From an uncultured archaeon (GTDB lineage: Archaea > Asgardarchaeota > Lokiarchaeia > Sigyniarchaeales > SOKP01): 16,548 nt of DNA. Position 1 is the stretch's first letter, and every line of letters begins with the position of its first letter. The DNA is taken from contig CAZWEM010000005.1 of NCBI GenBank assembly GCA_964632315.1, positions 131,772-148,319 of the forward strand. Reading direction: 5' to 3'. The notes under the pieces were generated by a model. It had not been told where the DNA came from. It worked only from the letters and a program-made list of their open reading frames with translations, and ran no database searches. A program made the position numbers and the translations under genes. Below are positions 6,801 to 14,889 of the stretch, in pieces.

Positions 6801-9677
6801 TCGCCTACGTATAATCAATATTTCAAGGAAATTAACACGAATAAATTTAATTTAGGTGTTAATTTATTGACTCTTTATGCTAAAAAAGATAATTATTCGG
6901 CTGCATTCGCTTCTATAACATTAACAATTAATAAACGAGATACGAGTTTAGAAGTCTTATTAGATGAAAATGCAACAACCACTATCGAAAAAGCATATAA
7001 TGAAAACGTTAACATCACCGTCATTTATAAAGATTTTTCAGATAGCTTTATTGAATTTGCTAATGTAGAATTGAGAATGGGTGGAATAACTATAGGAACA
7101 TTTGATGAACAGCAAATCCTAAATCTTTACAATCTTACTATCAATACAAAAAATCTTAATCTCGGAACAAATCTACTTGCGATACATGCTAACATAGATA
7201 ATTATTCTGAAGCCTTAGCAAGCATAACTATTACTGTTAGAGAAAGAGATACCTTACTTGAAATATATCTTGAATCTGTAGAACAAACTAGTATTGAAAT
7301 TCAATGGGGTGAATCATTAAACATATCTGCCATTTACAGAGATGGGCTTGGACCTAAAATAACTGGAGCTACTGTCCAATTAAGAACTGGAGGAGAAATA
7401 GTAGATACTTTTGTTCCTAATAATAATCAATACACTTTAATGATTAATACTGATAATTTGAATTTGGGGAGTAATATATTTTCAATATATGCTAAACAAG
7501 ATAATTATTCAGTTGCAATCGAGAGTATATCTATAGTTGTCACAGAAAGGGGAACAACACTTTCTATTTTTCTGGATGATGTTGAAAGAACTAATGTTGA
7601 GGTTACGTATGGAGAGATGGTCAATCTTACCGCAATATATAAAGATTATACGGAGAATTTGATTACTTTTGCAAATGTTGAATTGAGAAAAGGTGGAACT
7701 AAATTAGATGATCTCGCTCCTAACGCAAATCAGTACGTTTTATTGAAGAATTCGAATGAATTCGATTTAGGATCTAATGTACTTTCAATATATGCTCATA
7801 AAGATAATTATTCCGTTGCATTAGTAAGCATCCTTATTATAGTAAAGGAGCGTGATACAAGCATAAAGGTGATATTGAATGGATTAGATACAGATAATTT
7901 TGATATTTACAATATTTCAGTCAATGAAAATTTAAATTTCACCGCTATTTACAAAGACTTCACAGATTTGTTTATTACAAGCGCTACCGTAGAATTAAAG
8001 GGAACTAGTATCTCAGAAATGTTGGTTCAACATCCATCATTCAATCAATATAATTATACACTTAATCCTGAAGTTCTTGGAGTTGGAGTTCATTTCTTAG
8101 TTATTTCAGCGAATAGGGAAAATTATTCCTCAATTGTTAAAAATATAAAGATTAATGTAATAGAAAAAGGGTCAGATCTTCATCTATTGATAAATGGTGA
8201 TGATCTCACATTAGAAAGATATATTGAAGTAGAAATTGACCAGATTTTAAATGTGACTGTATACTTCACTGATTCATTTGATGACAACTTTATATCTGGC
8301 GCATATATTCGTTTAACAGGGGCACTCAATGACAATTTTACCGAAAACGCATATTTTGAATACTATAATGTTACCATTCAAACAAATGATTTAGATCAAG
8401 GCATTAATTTTCTAACTGTTTTTGCACAAAAACAAGATTATGAATATCAATCTATTATATTTACTGTTGAAGTCAAAGAAAAAGAAACAAATCTTCAATT
8501 ATTCCTGAATGAAGACGATCAAACATTAGGAAAGTCTATTGAGGTGGTGGTTGGAGATCTAGTAAACATTACAATTATTTACGAAGATACTTTAAAGAAC
8601 TTCATTGATGGGGCAGAAGTCATTATTCTGGGTGAAGGAATTAATTTTAATCTAACAAAACACCCATTTTATAACCAATACAATATATCAATTAACTCAG
8701 AATTACTTAACTTTGGGATAAATTTTCTCACGTTATACGCAAAAAAAGCGAATTATCAACCCCAAACGCTAACTTTAAAAATTGAAATCAATGATAAAGA
8801 AACAAACATGCATATCTTTCTGAACGGATTAAATAAAACCATTGATAAGACTCTCACGCTGCCAATTCAAAGCGAATTAAATGTCACAATTAAATATACC
8901 GTTTTTGATACTGATTCAATCATTTCAGGGGCAACCATTCAATTGGTAGGTGAAAGCCTAAACAAGTTTCTTGATTATGATCCGATTTATCAACAATACT
9001 ATACTACAATTGATACTTCGATTTTAGATATTGGTGTAAGATTTCTAACGATATATGCCCAAAAAGCTAATTATCAGTCATATTCTGCACTCCTACGTAT
9101 ACAAGTGGAAAGAATTCGTACTAATATCACAACAGTTTCAGGAGAAACAGTTGTTAACCGCAAACCAGGGGAAAGTTATCATCTTAAGATAAACTTGCAC
9201 AACTTGGATTTCAATACTGAAATACTAAATGCAACGGTAACATATACTTGGACATATGGTCAAGGTGCATTAACAGATCCTGATAACGATGGTATTTATG
9301 AAGGCGATATCTCAGATCTAAGGGAAGGAACATTTATCGTCACTATTTCAGTCTATGCGGGTGACGATTATGAGTTCGAAAGATTCACTATTACTTTAAA
9401 TGTCATTAGACCTACGGAGGATGTATTACTCTTTCAAATTTTAACAATTATTGGAGTTAGCGCAGCAGTCGGTTTAGGGGGATACCTTTATATGTATCAA
9501 AAAATTCTGAAATACCCCCAAAAAGTTAGAAAAATTCATAAGTACAAGAGCCATCTAAAGAGCTCTAAACCTTTAGGGTTAGAGACTCCTTCAAGAGATC
9601 AGTTAGTTGAGGAGGCTTATTTGAACAAATTAAGACCTCTAGAAAAGCAATTAAAAGGGAATAAATTTAAAAATTAA
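3828..9677 (+). CDS. Giant single-pass cell-surface (glyco)protein, 1949 aa, paralog of the upstream gene
   Basis: N-terminal KKKK followed by hydrophobic FVILILVVLFTSLLMVNF (signal/anchor). ~600-aa aromatic/Asn-rich head. ~11 diverged ~101-106-aa modules with a recurrent GxNxLTIxAxKxNY motif. C-terminal domain, TM (~9426-9497) and tail are highly similar to those of the upstream gene. Many N-x-S/T sequons. Confidence 0.93.
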   Translation: MNTYITEKLKYYKKKKFVILILVVLFTSLLMVNFSGKNQNLTSIKDEINDESFVDSLKPNDISIDNSFTGVGLPWNVTHFANYTKSNLQVSFNNNSFDDTHAQVELHGWNGYQLNSTITNLYDTRNWINGTFHAGSFGGSPSGSDDSEYIDDWTFKTQDIQGYTNPMSGNYYDSSASTSDYEDCLELRIQDDTGGGGHYDIGDKCWWESTFELDRGDVDEALLSFAIRPKYGDGYNNHMVMQVLANGKLIWGNGLQSLLDASGSPTSGQWYNPYPIYLNGNDAQIFPEGVKDINITIEFKRVSGTAPSAYASSYSVLFDNVSLIVKSQAKPTQIGLQLNGENVLDNTNYGEGSLGINGNWNGSLQTSVIANFSSNQNWDYTYKDDGNWQSYKIDFSTNLNIYTYKSTPETYYIADSSLEFQGSSFITSNSSNTNWSTYAHMEVPAGYEETNMTIEYTNDYNLTGIFFSLNPDSLSQASIKEIGNIKIVNIPVSSITSNTNGFWKLTAESPNYCEYMEMYSNATGSWELTNKYLSGQYINITAKVDNSGLISSYIQQTKAYLQLRFPNGTIWAVQNQIKTVDNTGMVYFDPILIPDDIPNYKAGEYEAIITWNNSYSSFGTNESGIVHKKFTVIHDSVLYPDQGIYFIEEVFDDRIINIKVSFRDIKDGTAINNAYIYTDYSGEEEELFQTSPGFFLYEFNASKANAGNNTITIYANSSYYVNKIINITVEVIKNTILTVETDFFTTPWNQNFTVRFNYTEEINPVNKINTSDITLNGWFGDYHLTQLYVGEYILECNNSVYSALTLQSFIISVNAYKYESQTVLIRVQITELASSINNVTLNGESTNSIQIDWNELVDINICYNESATGNFIQGATVEIIGTDFSDLLSQSGNQYSITINTSLFNIGNNFLTILAQKENYNIASKLITISVEERPTNIVTILNHTISNSITFPHGELLNFTVIYTDASGPFIEGASVELREGGIVKYVLDPSPTYNQYFKEINTNKFNLGVNLLTLYAKKDNYSAAFASITLTINKRDTSLEVLLDENATTTIEKAYNENVNITVIYKDFSDSFIEFANVELRMGGITIGTFDEQQILNLYNLTINTKNLNLGTNLLAIHANIDNYSEALASITITVRERDTLLEIYLESVEQTSIEIQWGESLNISAIYRDGLGPKITGATVQLRTGGEIVDTFVPNNNQYTLMINTDNLNLGSNIFSIYAKQDNYSVAIESISIVVTERGTTLSIFLDDVERTNVEVTYGEMVNLTAIYKDYTENLITFANVELRKGGTKLDDLAPNANQYVLLKNSNEFDLGSNVLSIYAHKDNYSVALVSILIIVKERDTSIKVILNGLDTDNFDIYNISVNENLNFTAIYKDFTDLFITSATVELKGTSISEMLVQHPSFNQYNYTLNPEVLGVGVHFLVISANRENYSSIVKNIKINVIEKGSDLHLLINGDDLTLERYIEVEIDQILNVTVYFTDSFDDNFISGAYIRLTGALNDNFTENAYFEYYNVTIQTNDLDQGINFLTVFAQKQDYEYQSIIFTVEVKEKETNLQLFLNEDDQTLGKSIEVVVGDLVNITIIYEDTLKNFIDGAEVIILGEGINFNLTKHPFYNQYNISINSELLNFGINFLTLYAKKANYQPQTLTLKIEINDKETNMHIFLNGLNKTIDKTLTLPIQSELNVTIKYTVFDTDSIISGATIQLVGESLNKFLDYDPIYQQYYTTIDTSILDIGVRFLTIYAQKANYQSYSALLRIQVERIRTNITTVSGETVVNRKPGESYHLKINLHNLDFNTEILNATVTYTWTYGQGALTDPDNDGIYEGDISDLREGTFIVTISVYAGDDYEFERFTITLNVIRPTEDVLLFQILTIIGVSAAVGLGGYLYMYQKILKYPQKVRKIHKYKSHLKSSKPLGLETPSRDQLVEEAYLNKLRPLEKQLKGNKFKN
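5730..9120 (+). repeat. Diverged protein-level tandem modules (9 clear plus ~2 degenerate)
   Basis: (K/I/R)x(N/D)Y motif ends at about 6587, 6896, 7205, 7508, 7811, 8126, 8441, 8756 and 9074 (spacing 303-318 nt), with weaker copies near 5988 and 6282. Confidence 0.8.
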
Positions 9678-9687
9678 ATAATTTAAG

Positions 9688-9710
9688 TTTTTTTTTATTT
9701 TTTTATTATT
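9688..9710 (+). terminator. Probable oligo-T terminator
   Basis: tttttttttattttttttatt about 10 nt after the stop at 9677. Confidence 0.6.
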
Positions 9711-10042
9711 AAATGGATTACATAAATTAAATGATATCCGAGAGATTAAAAAAACAATACCTCATTCATGGCGAATAAGGTGCGTTCAAGAAGTCATTGC
9801 CCCGAATCGTCGGTGAAAATATAAATTTTAAGATTAATAGGTATAAGCACTTTTTGATTTTCAAATTTTAAATAACTTAATATCTTTAAAAAGAAATGAG
9901 GTATGATCTTGCGAATAATTTACTCTATTTTATTACAGTCACTTTTGCGTTTCGTTCTAAAAGAGAGAACAATTTCTTAGATCAGAAACATATAAATTAT
10001 TATAAGTAGATATCGATCTAACAAAAAATGGAATCTTAGATT

Positions 10043-10777
10043 ATGATCCTACAATTAACTAATTTTGAATTTTTTTATGGCATTTTAACCTTTATAGCTG
10101 TAATAATCTCGTTTATTCTTGGGATTATAATAATGATAAAGTACAAAAAGTTTAAGAAAGTAGAATTTATACTTGTTGGATTAACTTGGATATTTGTAGT
10201 GAGCCCATATTGGTCTGACGCAATTCAATTCATAACAATAACTTTTTTCGAATACCAAATTAGTTCTGAGATCTATTTTTTCATTGCAAATGCATTTATA
10301 GCGCCGATACACATAGTTTGGATTTTAGCATTAACTAGATTAGTGTTTCGAAAAGCAGCGAAACCTCTAATGATAATTTTCACAACGGAAGCCATCTTAT
10401 ATGAAGCGTTCTTTTTGTTTAGTTTCTTTAGTGACCCAAACCAAATTGGAACTCAAATGAGTGCTTTTGTTGCAGAATGGGCCATCTGGATACAGATTTA
10501 TTTACTAGTTTCGATCGTGTTATTCCTTGTGACGGGTTTCATTTTTGCAAGTAAAAGCTTAAAATCTCCGAATAAAGAATTGAAATTGAAAGGTTGGTTC
10601 CTAATATTTGCTTTTATATTATTCACAATCGGTACTGTAATTGATGTGATCGGAGCAGACAATCCAACTGAGATAATGATCTTTTTAGCACGTACTTTTG
10701 TCATTATTAGTTCCATATTATTCTATATTGGTTTTACTCTACCTCGCTTTATCAAAGAGTTATTTATAAAATCCTAG
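10043..10777 (+). CDS. Stand-alone seven-transmembrane protein (HisKA_7TM-like sensor topology, no output domain)
   Basis: Seven hydrophobic segments (~aa 10-32, 42-60, 77-102, 108-129, 146-169, 184-204, 211-234). Basic loops after TM1 (KYKKFKK), TM3 (RKAAK) and TM5 (SKSLKSPNKELKLKG) imply N-out/C-in topology. Confidence 0.8.
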   Translation: MILQLTNFEFFYGILTFIAVIISFILGIIIMIKYKKFKKVEFILVGLTWIFVVSPYWSDAIQFITITFFEYQISSEIYFFIANAFIAPIHIVWILALTRLVFRKAAKPLMIIFTTEAILYEAFFLFSFFSDPNQIGTQMSAFVAEWAIWIQIYLLVSIVLFLVTGFIFASKSLKSPNKELKLKGWFLIFAFILFTIGTVIDVIGADNPTEIMIFLARTFVIISSILFYIGFTLPRFIKELFIKS

Positions 10778-10785
10778 TTAAATCA

Positions 10786-10808
10786 AATTTCTTTTTTATT
10801 TTATTTCT
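10786..10808 (+). terminator. Probable oligo-T terminator
   Basis: ttttcttttttattttattt just after the stop at 10777. Confidence 0.45.
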
Positions 10809-10878
10809 CATCAACGAAGGATTTTTATTATCAATTTATAATATTTACAAATGAACCATTTGATAGAGGTAGTTTAAA

Positions 10879-11214
10879 ATGTTGGATTTAACTAAAAAGA
10901 AATGCGTTCCATGTGAAGGAGGAATTCCCCCACTGTCTGAATCAAAGGAAGAGGAGTATCTAAAAAAGTTAATGGGTTGGAAACTGATTCGAGATGGCAT
11001 TCATAAGATCAAAAAGCTTTTCATTTTTAATGACTTTACTGAAGCCATGGAATTTGTTAATAAAGTCGCAGAAATTGCTGAAGAAGAAGACCATCATCCA
11101 GACATTTGCATTTATTATGATGAAATCGTGCTGGAACTACACACCCACGCCATTAAAGGCCTGCATTTGAATGACTTTATAGTGGCAGCAAAGATTGACG
11201 CAATGCGCGATTAA
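10879..11214 (+). CDS. phhB: Pterin-4-alpha-carbinolamine dehydratase (PCD/PhhB family)
   Basis: Signature AEEEDHHPDI and THAIKGLHLNDFIVAAKID; N-terminal KCVPCEGG typical of prokaryotic members; GAGGT SD-like motif at 10866-10870. Confidence 0.93.
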   Translation: MLDLTKKKCVPCEGGIPPLSESKEEEYLKKLMGWKLIRDGIHKIKKLFIFNDFTEAMEFVNKVAEIAEEEDHHPDICIYYDEIVLELHTHAIKGLHLNDFIVAAKIDAMRD

Positions 11215-11343
11215 AGTAGCTCGAAATGAAATAATTTATTCAGACATTTTTGTCCAGATGTTAAAATATGGGGAACATTATACCCGATATCTTTTTAAAG
11301 CTATAGAATTCTTTTTTGCAAACCTAATTTAAGGGTTTGAAAA

Positions 11344-13611
11344 ATGCGAAAAAAGCAAATTTATGTTTTTATCCTACTATTTGTTTTTATAGGAGCTACT
11401 GGCGTATCAATGACTTTAATTTTGAATTTCAATAATTCATCTGATCTTTCTGATGCACTTAAGATACAAGATTATGAGCCTTATGATGGAACTCCGTTGT
11501 TCGAACAGAGAACTTTTGAAATGTCTCAATTGTCCTTAGCGGAAGCAGATCCAAATGATCTATGGGTTGTTCCCCTTATAGATGATTTTACAGGTGAAGT
11601 CTATGATCAAGAATTTGAATGTGTCCTACAAGGCGAAAAATGTAATATTTGGATTGGATTAAATCCAGAAATTTATGAAGGAGGTTGGCAAGATGAATAT
11701 GATCCTCGAGGAGAGGGCTTTGAAGATGATATTTGGTATTTTGCATATCCTTGGAGTAATGACGGGATTGATGCAAAAGAGGCTTCTGCCCCCGATCCAG
11801 ACGAAGATGGGTATTACTTACCACCAGGTTATCGCGATTGGGTAACAGGTGAAGATCTCATATACATTAGAGATGAATTTGATAATCACATCCATGATTG
11901 CGTGGTAGAACACTTTGGACACTATGCAGACCGACCTGGTCCTTTAGATGATAATAAGATTCAAGTTCTTATATTCAACATTCGGGATGGGCTTTTTTAT
12001 GATCCAATCGGAGCGGGATGGTTTATAATTGGATATTTTTGGTCCTATGCCAGCAATTTAAATAATGCCAACATATTTCACATGGACACATATCAGTGGT
12101 GGAGGAGACTTGGTGAACCAACTGACACTTATTACGGTCTTGGTCCACTTCCTCTTCAATATGAAGGAACCTTTGCTCATGAATTTCAACATCTTGTCCA
12201 TTATGACATAGATTCAACGGAGTTATCATGGGTAAATGAAGGATGTTCGACTTTAGCCGAATGGATCTGTGGTTACGGATTCTCACCTGGACATATTTCA
12301 GAATATCTCTTGTATTTCTGGGACACATCATTAGTAGTTTGGCAAGGTTATTTGTCTGACTATGGAGCGGTTTTTCTCTTTACCTTCTACATGTGGGAGC
12401 ATTATGGTGGAGACTCCCTTATATGGGATCTCGTACATGAAGAAGATGATGGTATAAAAGGATGGAGTAACGTCTTATTCGCCCATGGGATATTAAAAAC
12501 ATTTGATGAGATATTCCAAGAATGGGCTCTTGCAAACTATTTAGATGATACGACCATAGAAGATGGAGTTTATGGTTACTACGAATTAGATATACCTTCT
12601 GAGGATAGTGAGGGATATAGTATCTCTTCAGTCATGGAACTTTGGCAATCTCAACAAAATACACCAGCATTCGATTGGATTGTAAAAAATTATCCAAATG
12701 AGGGAATGCCTTATCCCTATGGTTCAAGTTTACCATACGTAGCAAATTATGTGGAGTTCTACAAAGGAGGAAAAGCTACAATTGAATTGACTTTTGATGG
12801 CGATGATTACTGCGGTATTGAAGCCTATAGTCCGGAGTATAAATGGTCCTCAGGTGGAGAAGATTGGGCATGGTATAGACTAGGCCAGTCTTTTACCATT
12901 CCAGAGAGCGGAGCAACACTAAATTTCTGGACTTTGTATGAGATCGAATTAGATTGGGATTTTGGTTATGTAGAAGTATACGATTATGACGCAGATCTAT
13001 GGGTCACTCTACCGGGTATAAACACGGTGACTGATGTAGGATCCAACTACAAAACTGATAATCCGAATTGTCCAGGGGATCCTGATGATTGGGGATTGGA
13101 GCCGACTGGCTACTATGATGTGGGAGAATGGAATGCTTTCACAGGCTCTAGTGGAGGTTGGTATCAAGAAAGCATGGATCTTACTCGATTTGCCGGTCAT
13201 ACGATTGATTTATATTTCACATATTGGACAGATCCTTATACTCTTGAAGCAGGATGGTATATTGATGATATTGAAATAGCTGAAATCGGTTTCTTTGACA
13301 ACGTGGAAAATGGTGTAGGTGATTGGACAACTTTAAATGGTTGGGGTAGAGATAACTATGTTCATGACAATAACTATAAAGTTAATTTTATCACGTTTGA
13401 GAGTGAATTTATCAAGGGTGGCGCTTTATATGAATCAAGTACTTCGATATGGAATTTAGATCTTACAAAAGAGACTGAATTTGGGTTAGCTGAATTTAAT
13501 CTTGTTGATATGGCATTCAGCCAGCAATATGTTGTCATGGTGGTTTCAAATCAACCCGGCTATGAGCATACTTTTACTACATCATATAGTTTTACAGCAA
13601 TTAAAAAATAA
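11344..13611 (+). CDS. Exported or N-anchored zinc metallopeptidase (gluzincin, M30/immune inhibitor A-like) with C-terminal InhA/MAM-like beta domain
   Basis: MRKK plus hydrophobic N-terminus. TFAHEFQHLVH (HExxH at 12178-12192) followed by WVNEGCS (third-ligand Glu). C-terminal YEIELDWDFGYVEV...TGSSGGW...DLTRFAG...FTYWTD...GWYIDDI resembles immune inhibitor A C-terminal domains. Confidence 0.85.
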   Translation: MRKKQIYVFILLFVFIGATGVSMTLILNFNNSSDLSDALKIQDYEPYDGTPLFEQRTFEMSQLSLAEADPNDLWVVPLIDDFTGEVYDQEFECVLQGEKCNIWIGLNPEIYEGGWQDEYDPRGEGFEDDIWYFAYPWSNDGIDAKEASAPDPDEDGYYLPPGYRDWVTGEDLIYIRDEFDNHIHDCVVEHFGHYADRPGPLDDNKIQVLIFNIRDGLFYDPIGAGWFIIGYFWSYASNLNNANIFHMDTYQWWRRLGEPTDTYYGLGPLPLQYEGTFAHEFQHLVHYDIDSTELSWVNEGCSTLAEWICGYGFSPGHISEYLLYFWDTSLVVWQGYLSDYGAVFLFTFYMWEHYGGDSLIWDLVHEEDDGIKGWSNVLFAHGILKTFDEIFQEWALANYLDDTTIEDGVYGYYELDIPSEDSEGYSISSVMELWQSQQNTPAFDWIVKNYPNEGMPYPYGSSLPYVANYVEFYKGGKATIELTFDGDDYCGIEAYSPEYKWSSGGEDWAWYRLGQSFTIPESGATLNFWTLYEIELDWDFGYVEVYDYDADLWVTLPGINTVTDVGSNYKTDNPNCPGDPDDWGLEPTGYYDVGEWNAFTGSSGGWYQESMDLTRFAGHTIDLYFTYWTDPYTLEAGWYIDDIEIAEIGFFDNVENGVGDWTTLNGWGRDNYVHDNNYKVNFITFESEFIKGGALYESSTSIWNLDLTKETEFGLAEFNLVDMAFSQQYVVMVVSNQPGYEHTFTTSYSFTAIKK

Positions 13612-13617
13612 GAAATA

Positions 13618-13640
13618 ATTTTAAATTTTTTTTTTTATTA
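13618..13640 (+). terminator. Probable oligo-T terminator in a convergent intergenic region
   Basis: Long T-run at ~13626-13636 after the stop at 13611. Confidence 0.55.
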
Positions 13641-13740
13641 ACAATTGTGAGAAGCTAATTTAAGTAATTAGTAATAATTTTTTTAATGAATCTATTGTAG
13701 AGTGAAATTTTAATCAGTTTTAATTATTCTGTAAAGTAAA

Positions 13741-14715
13741 TTAAATTACCTTTATCACAACATTTCCTTTCTTTTGACCCGTTTCTACGAAATTGTGAGC
13801 TTCAACAATCTGCTCCAGAGAATATTGCCTATCTATTACGGACTTTATTTTTCCCGCCTCAATGAGCTTTTTTAGACGGATCAAGTCATCAGTTCCACCT
13901 AATACTGTACCACTTATTATTTTCTTACTACTTCTCATCGAAGCTAAAGAGCCTCTAATTCTCCTGAGCATTCCATGATTAGCTTGAAGATATATTCCGT
14001 TTTTATTTAGCAATCTTAAACACCCAGAAAATGAGCTTTTACGAACGAGGTCAAAAATTACATCATATTTTTCGTCTTTTTTGGTGAAATCTTCTTGAAT
14101 GTAGTCAATTACTCGGTCTACACCAATTGAACGCAGCATATCCAATTTGTCCGTACTATCTACACCAGTGACAGTTGCTCCAGATGATTTTGCAATCTGT
14201 ACTGCATATGTACCTATGCTTCCCCCTGCACCATTGATTAAAATTTTTTGACCCTTCTGAATCTTAGCTTGTTTAAGAAAATAAATTGCATTAAGACCCC
14301 CTAAAGGCAGAGCAGCGGCTTCCTCAAAAGTCATATTATTCGGCTTTATTGCTAAATCGCTATCATCTGATAAGCATATGTACTCCGCATAAGCACCCAT
14401 TTTAAAACCTGTAGAACCAAAAATTTGGTCACCTTCTTTGAATTTCCGTACATCCTTACCAATGGTTTCAACGATTCCCGCTACATCTTGTCCTAATATC
14501 GTTATTCTCTTTGGTTTATTAATGCCATTATAAATACGCATAAAAAACGCTATTGCTGGAGATAGTCTAAGACTACGCATCTCACAATCACCCATAGTCA
14601 CGGATGAGGCATGAATTTTTATCAATATCTCGTTGTTTCTAGGTTGTGGTTTCTCAACTTCTTGAAGCTTAAGGACTTCTGGGGGACCATACTCGGTCCA
14701 TATTATCGCTTTCAT
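13741..14715 (-). CDS. MDR-superfamily NAD(P)-dependent oxidoreductase (quinone reductase/zinc-free ADH-like)
   Basis: MKAI..YGPPEVL, ILGQDVAG.V..IG..V..FK.GD, GAYAEY, KP.N.TFEEAAALP, Rossmann motif LINGAGGSIG, C-terminal GQKKGNVVI. No structural-Zn Cys cluster. Confidence 0.92.
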   Translation of the reverse strand: MKAIIWTEYGPPEVLKLQEVEKPQPRNNEILIKIHASSVTMGDCEMRSLRLSPAIAFFMRIYNGINKPKRITILGQDVAGIVETIGKDVRKFKEGDQIFGSTGFKMGAYAEYICLSDDSDLAIKPNNMTFEEAAALPLGGLNAIYFLKQAKIQKGQKILINGAGGSIGTYAVQIAKSSGATVTGVDSTDKLDMLRSIGVDRVIDYIQEDFTKKDEKYDVIFDLVRKSSFSGCLRLLNKNGIYLQANHGMLRRIRGSLASMRSSKKIISGTVLGGTDDLIRLKKLIEAGKIKSVIDRQYSLEQIVEAHNFVETGQKKGNVVIKVI

Positions 14716-14889
14716 AGCTTTTTTCCATATTTGATAATCTTAGTATTATTATAACTATATTGTTAAACAGATAAGAATATCTCTAAATGGATTAATATCT
14801 ATACCAAACGTTTAAAGATCCAAATGTTTAAAAACATTCTTTACGTCTAAATTTTTTAAAAAACTCATGAATTTAATTTTATTTCTAAA

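Noticed and set aside
9746-9850. Minus-strand frame with in-frame TGA (…TDDSGQ*LLERT…) as a selenoprotein, or a cobalamin riboswitch on +
   Set aside because: No redox motif, convincing start or SECIS; riboswitch core motifs are not properly present.
10498-10716. 72-aa minus-strand ORF
   Set aside because: Antisense to the 7TM gene, with no recognisable features.
10043-10777. Rhodopsin
   Set aside because: No Schiff-base lysine motif in helix 7.
11243-11254. gaca-tttt-tgtc palindrome upstream of the protease
   Set aside because: Four-bp arms are expected by chance.
11588-13279. Short ORFs 11588-11824(-), 12023-12331(-), 13009-13200(-), 13085-13279(+)
   Set aside because: All lie inside the well-supported metallopeptidase gene and have shadow-frame composition.
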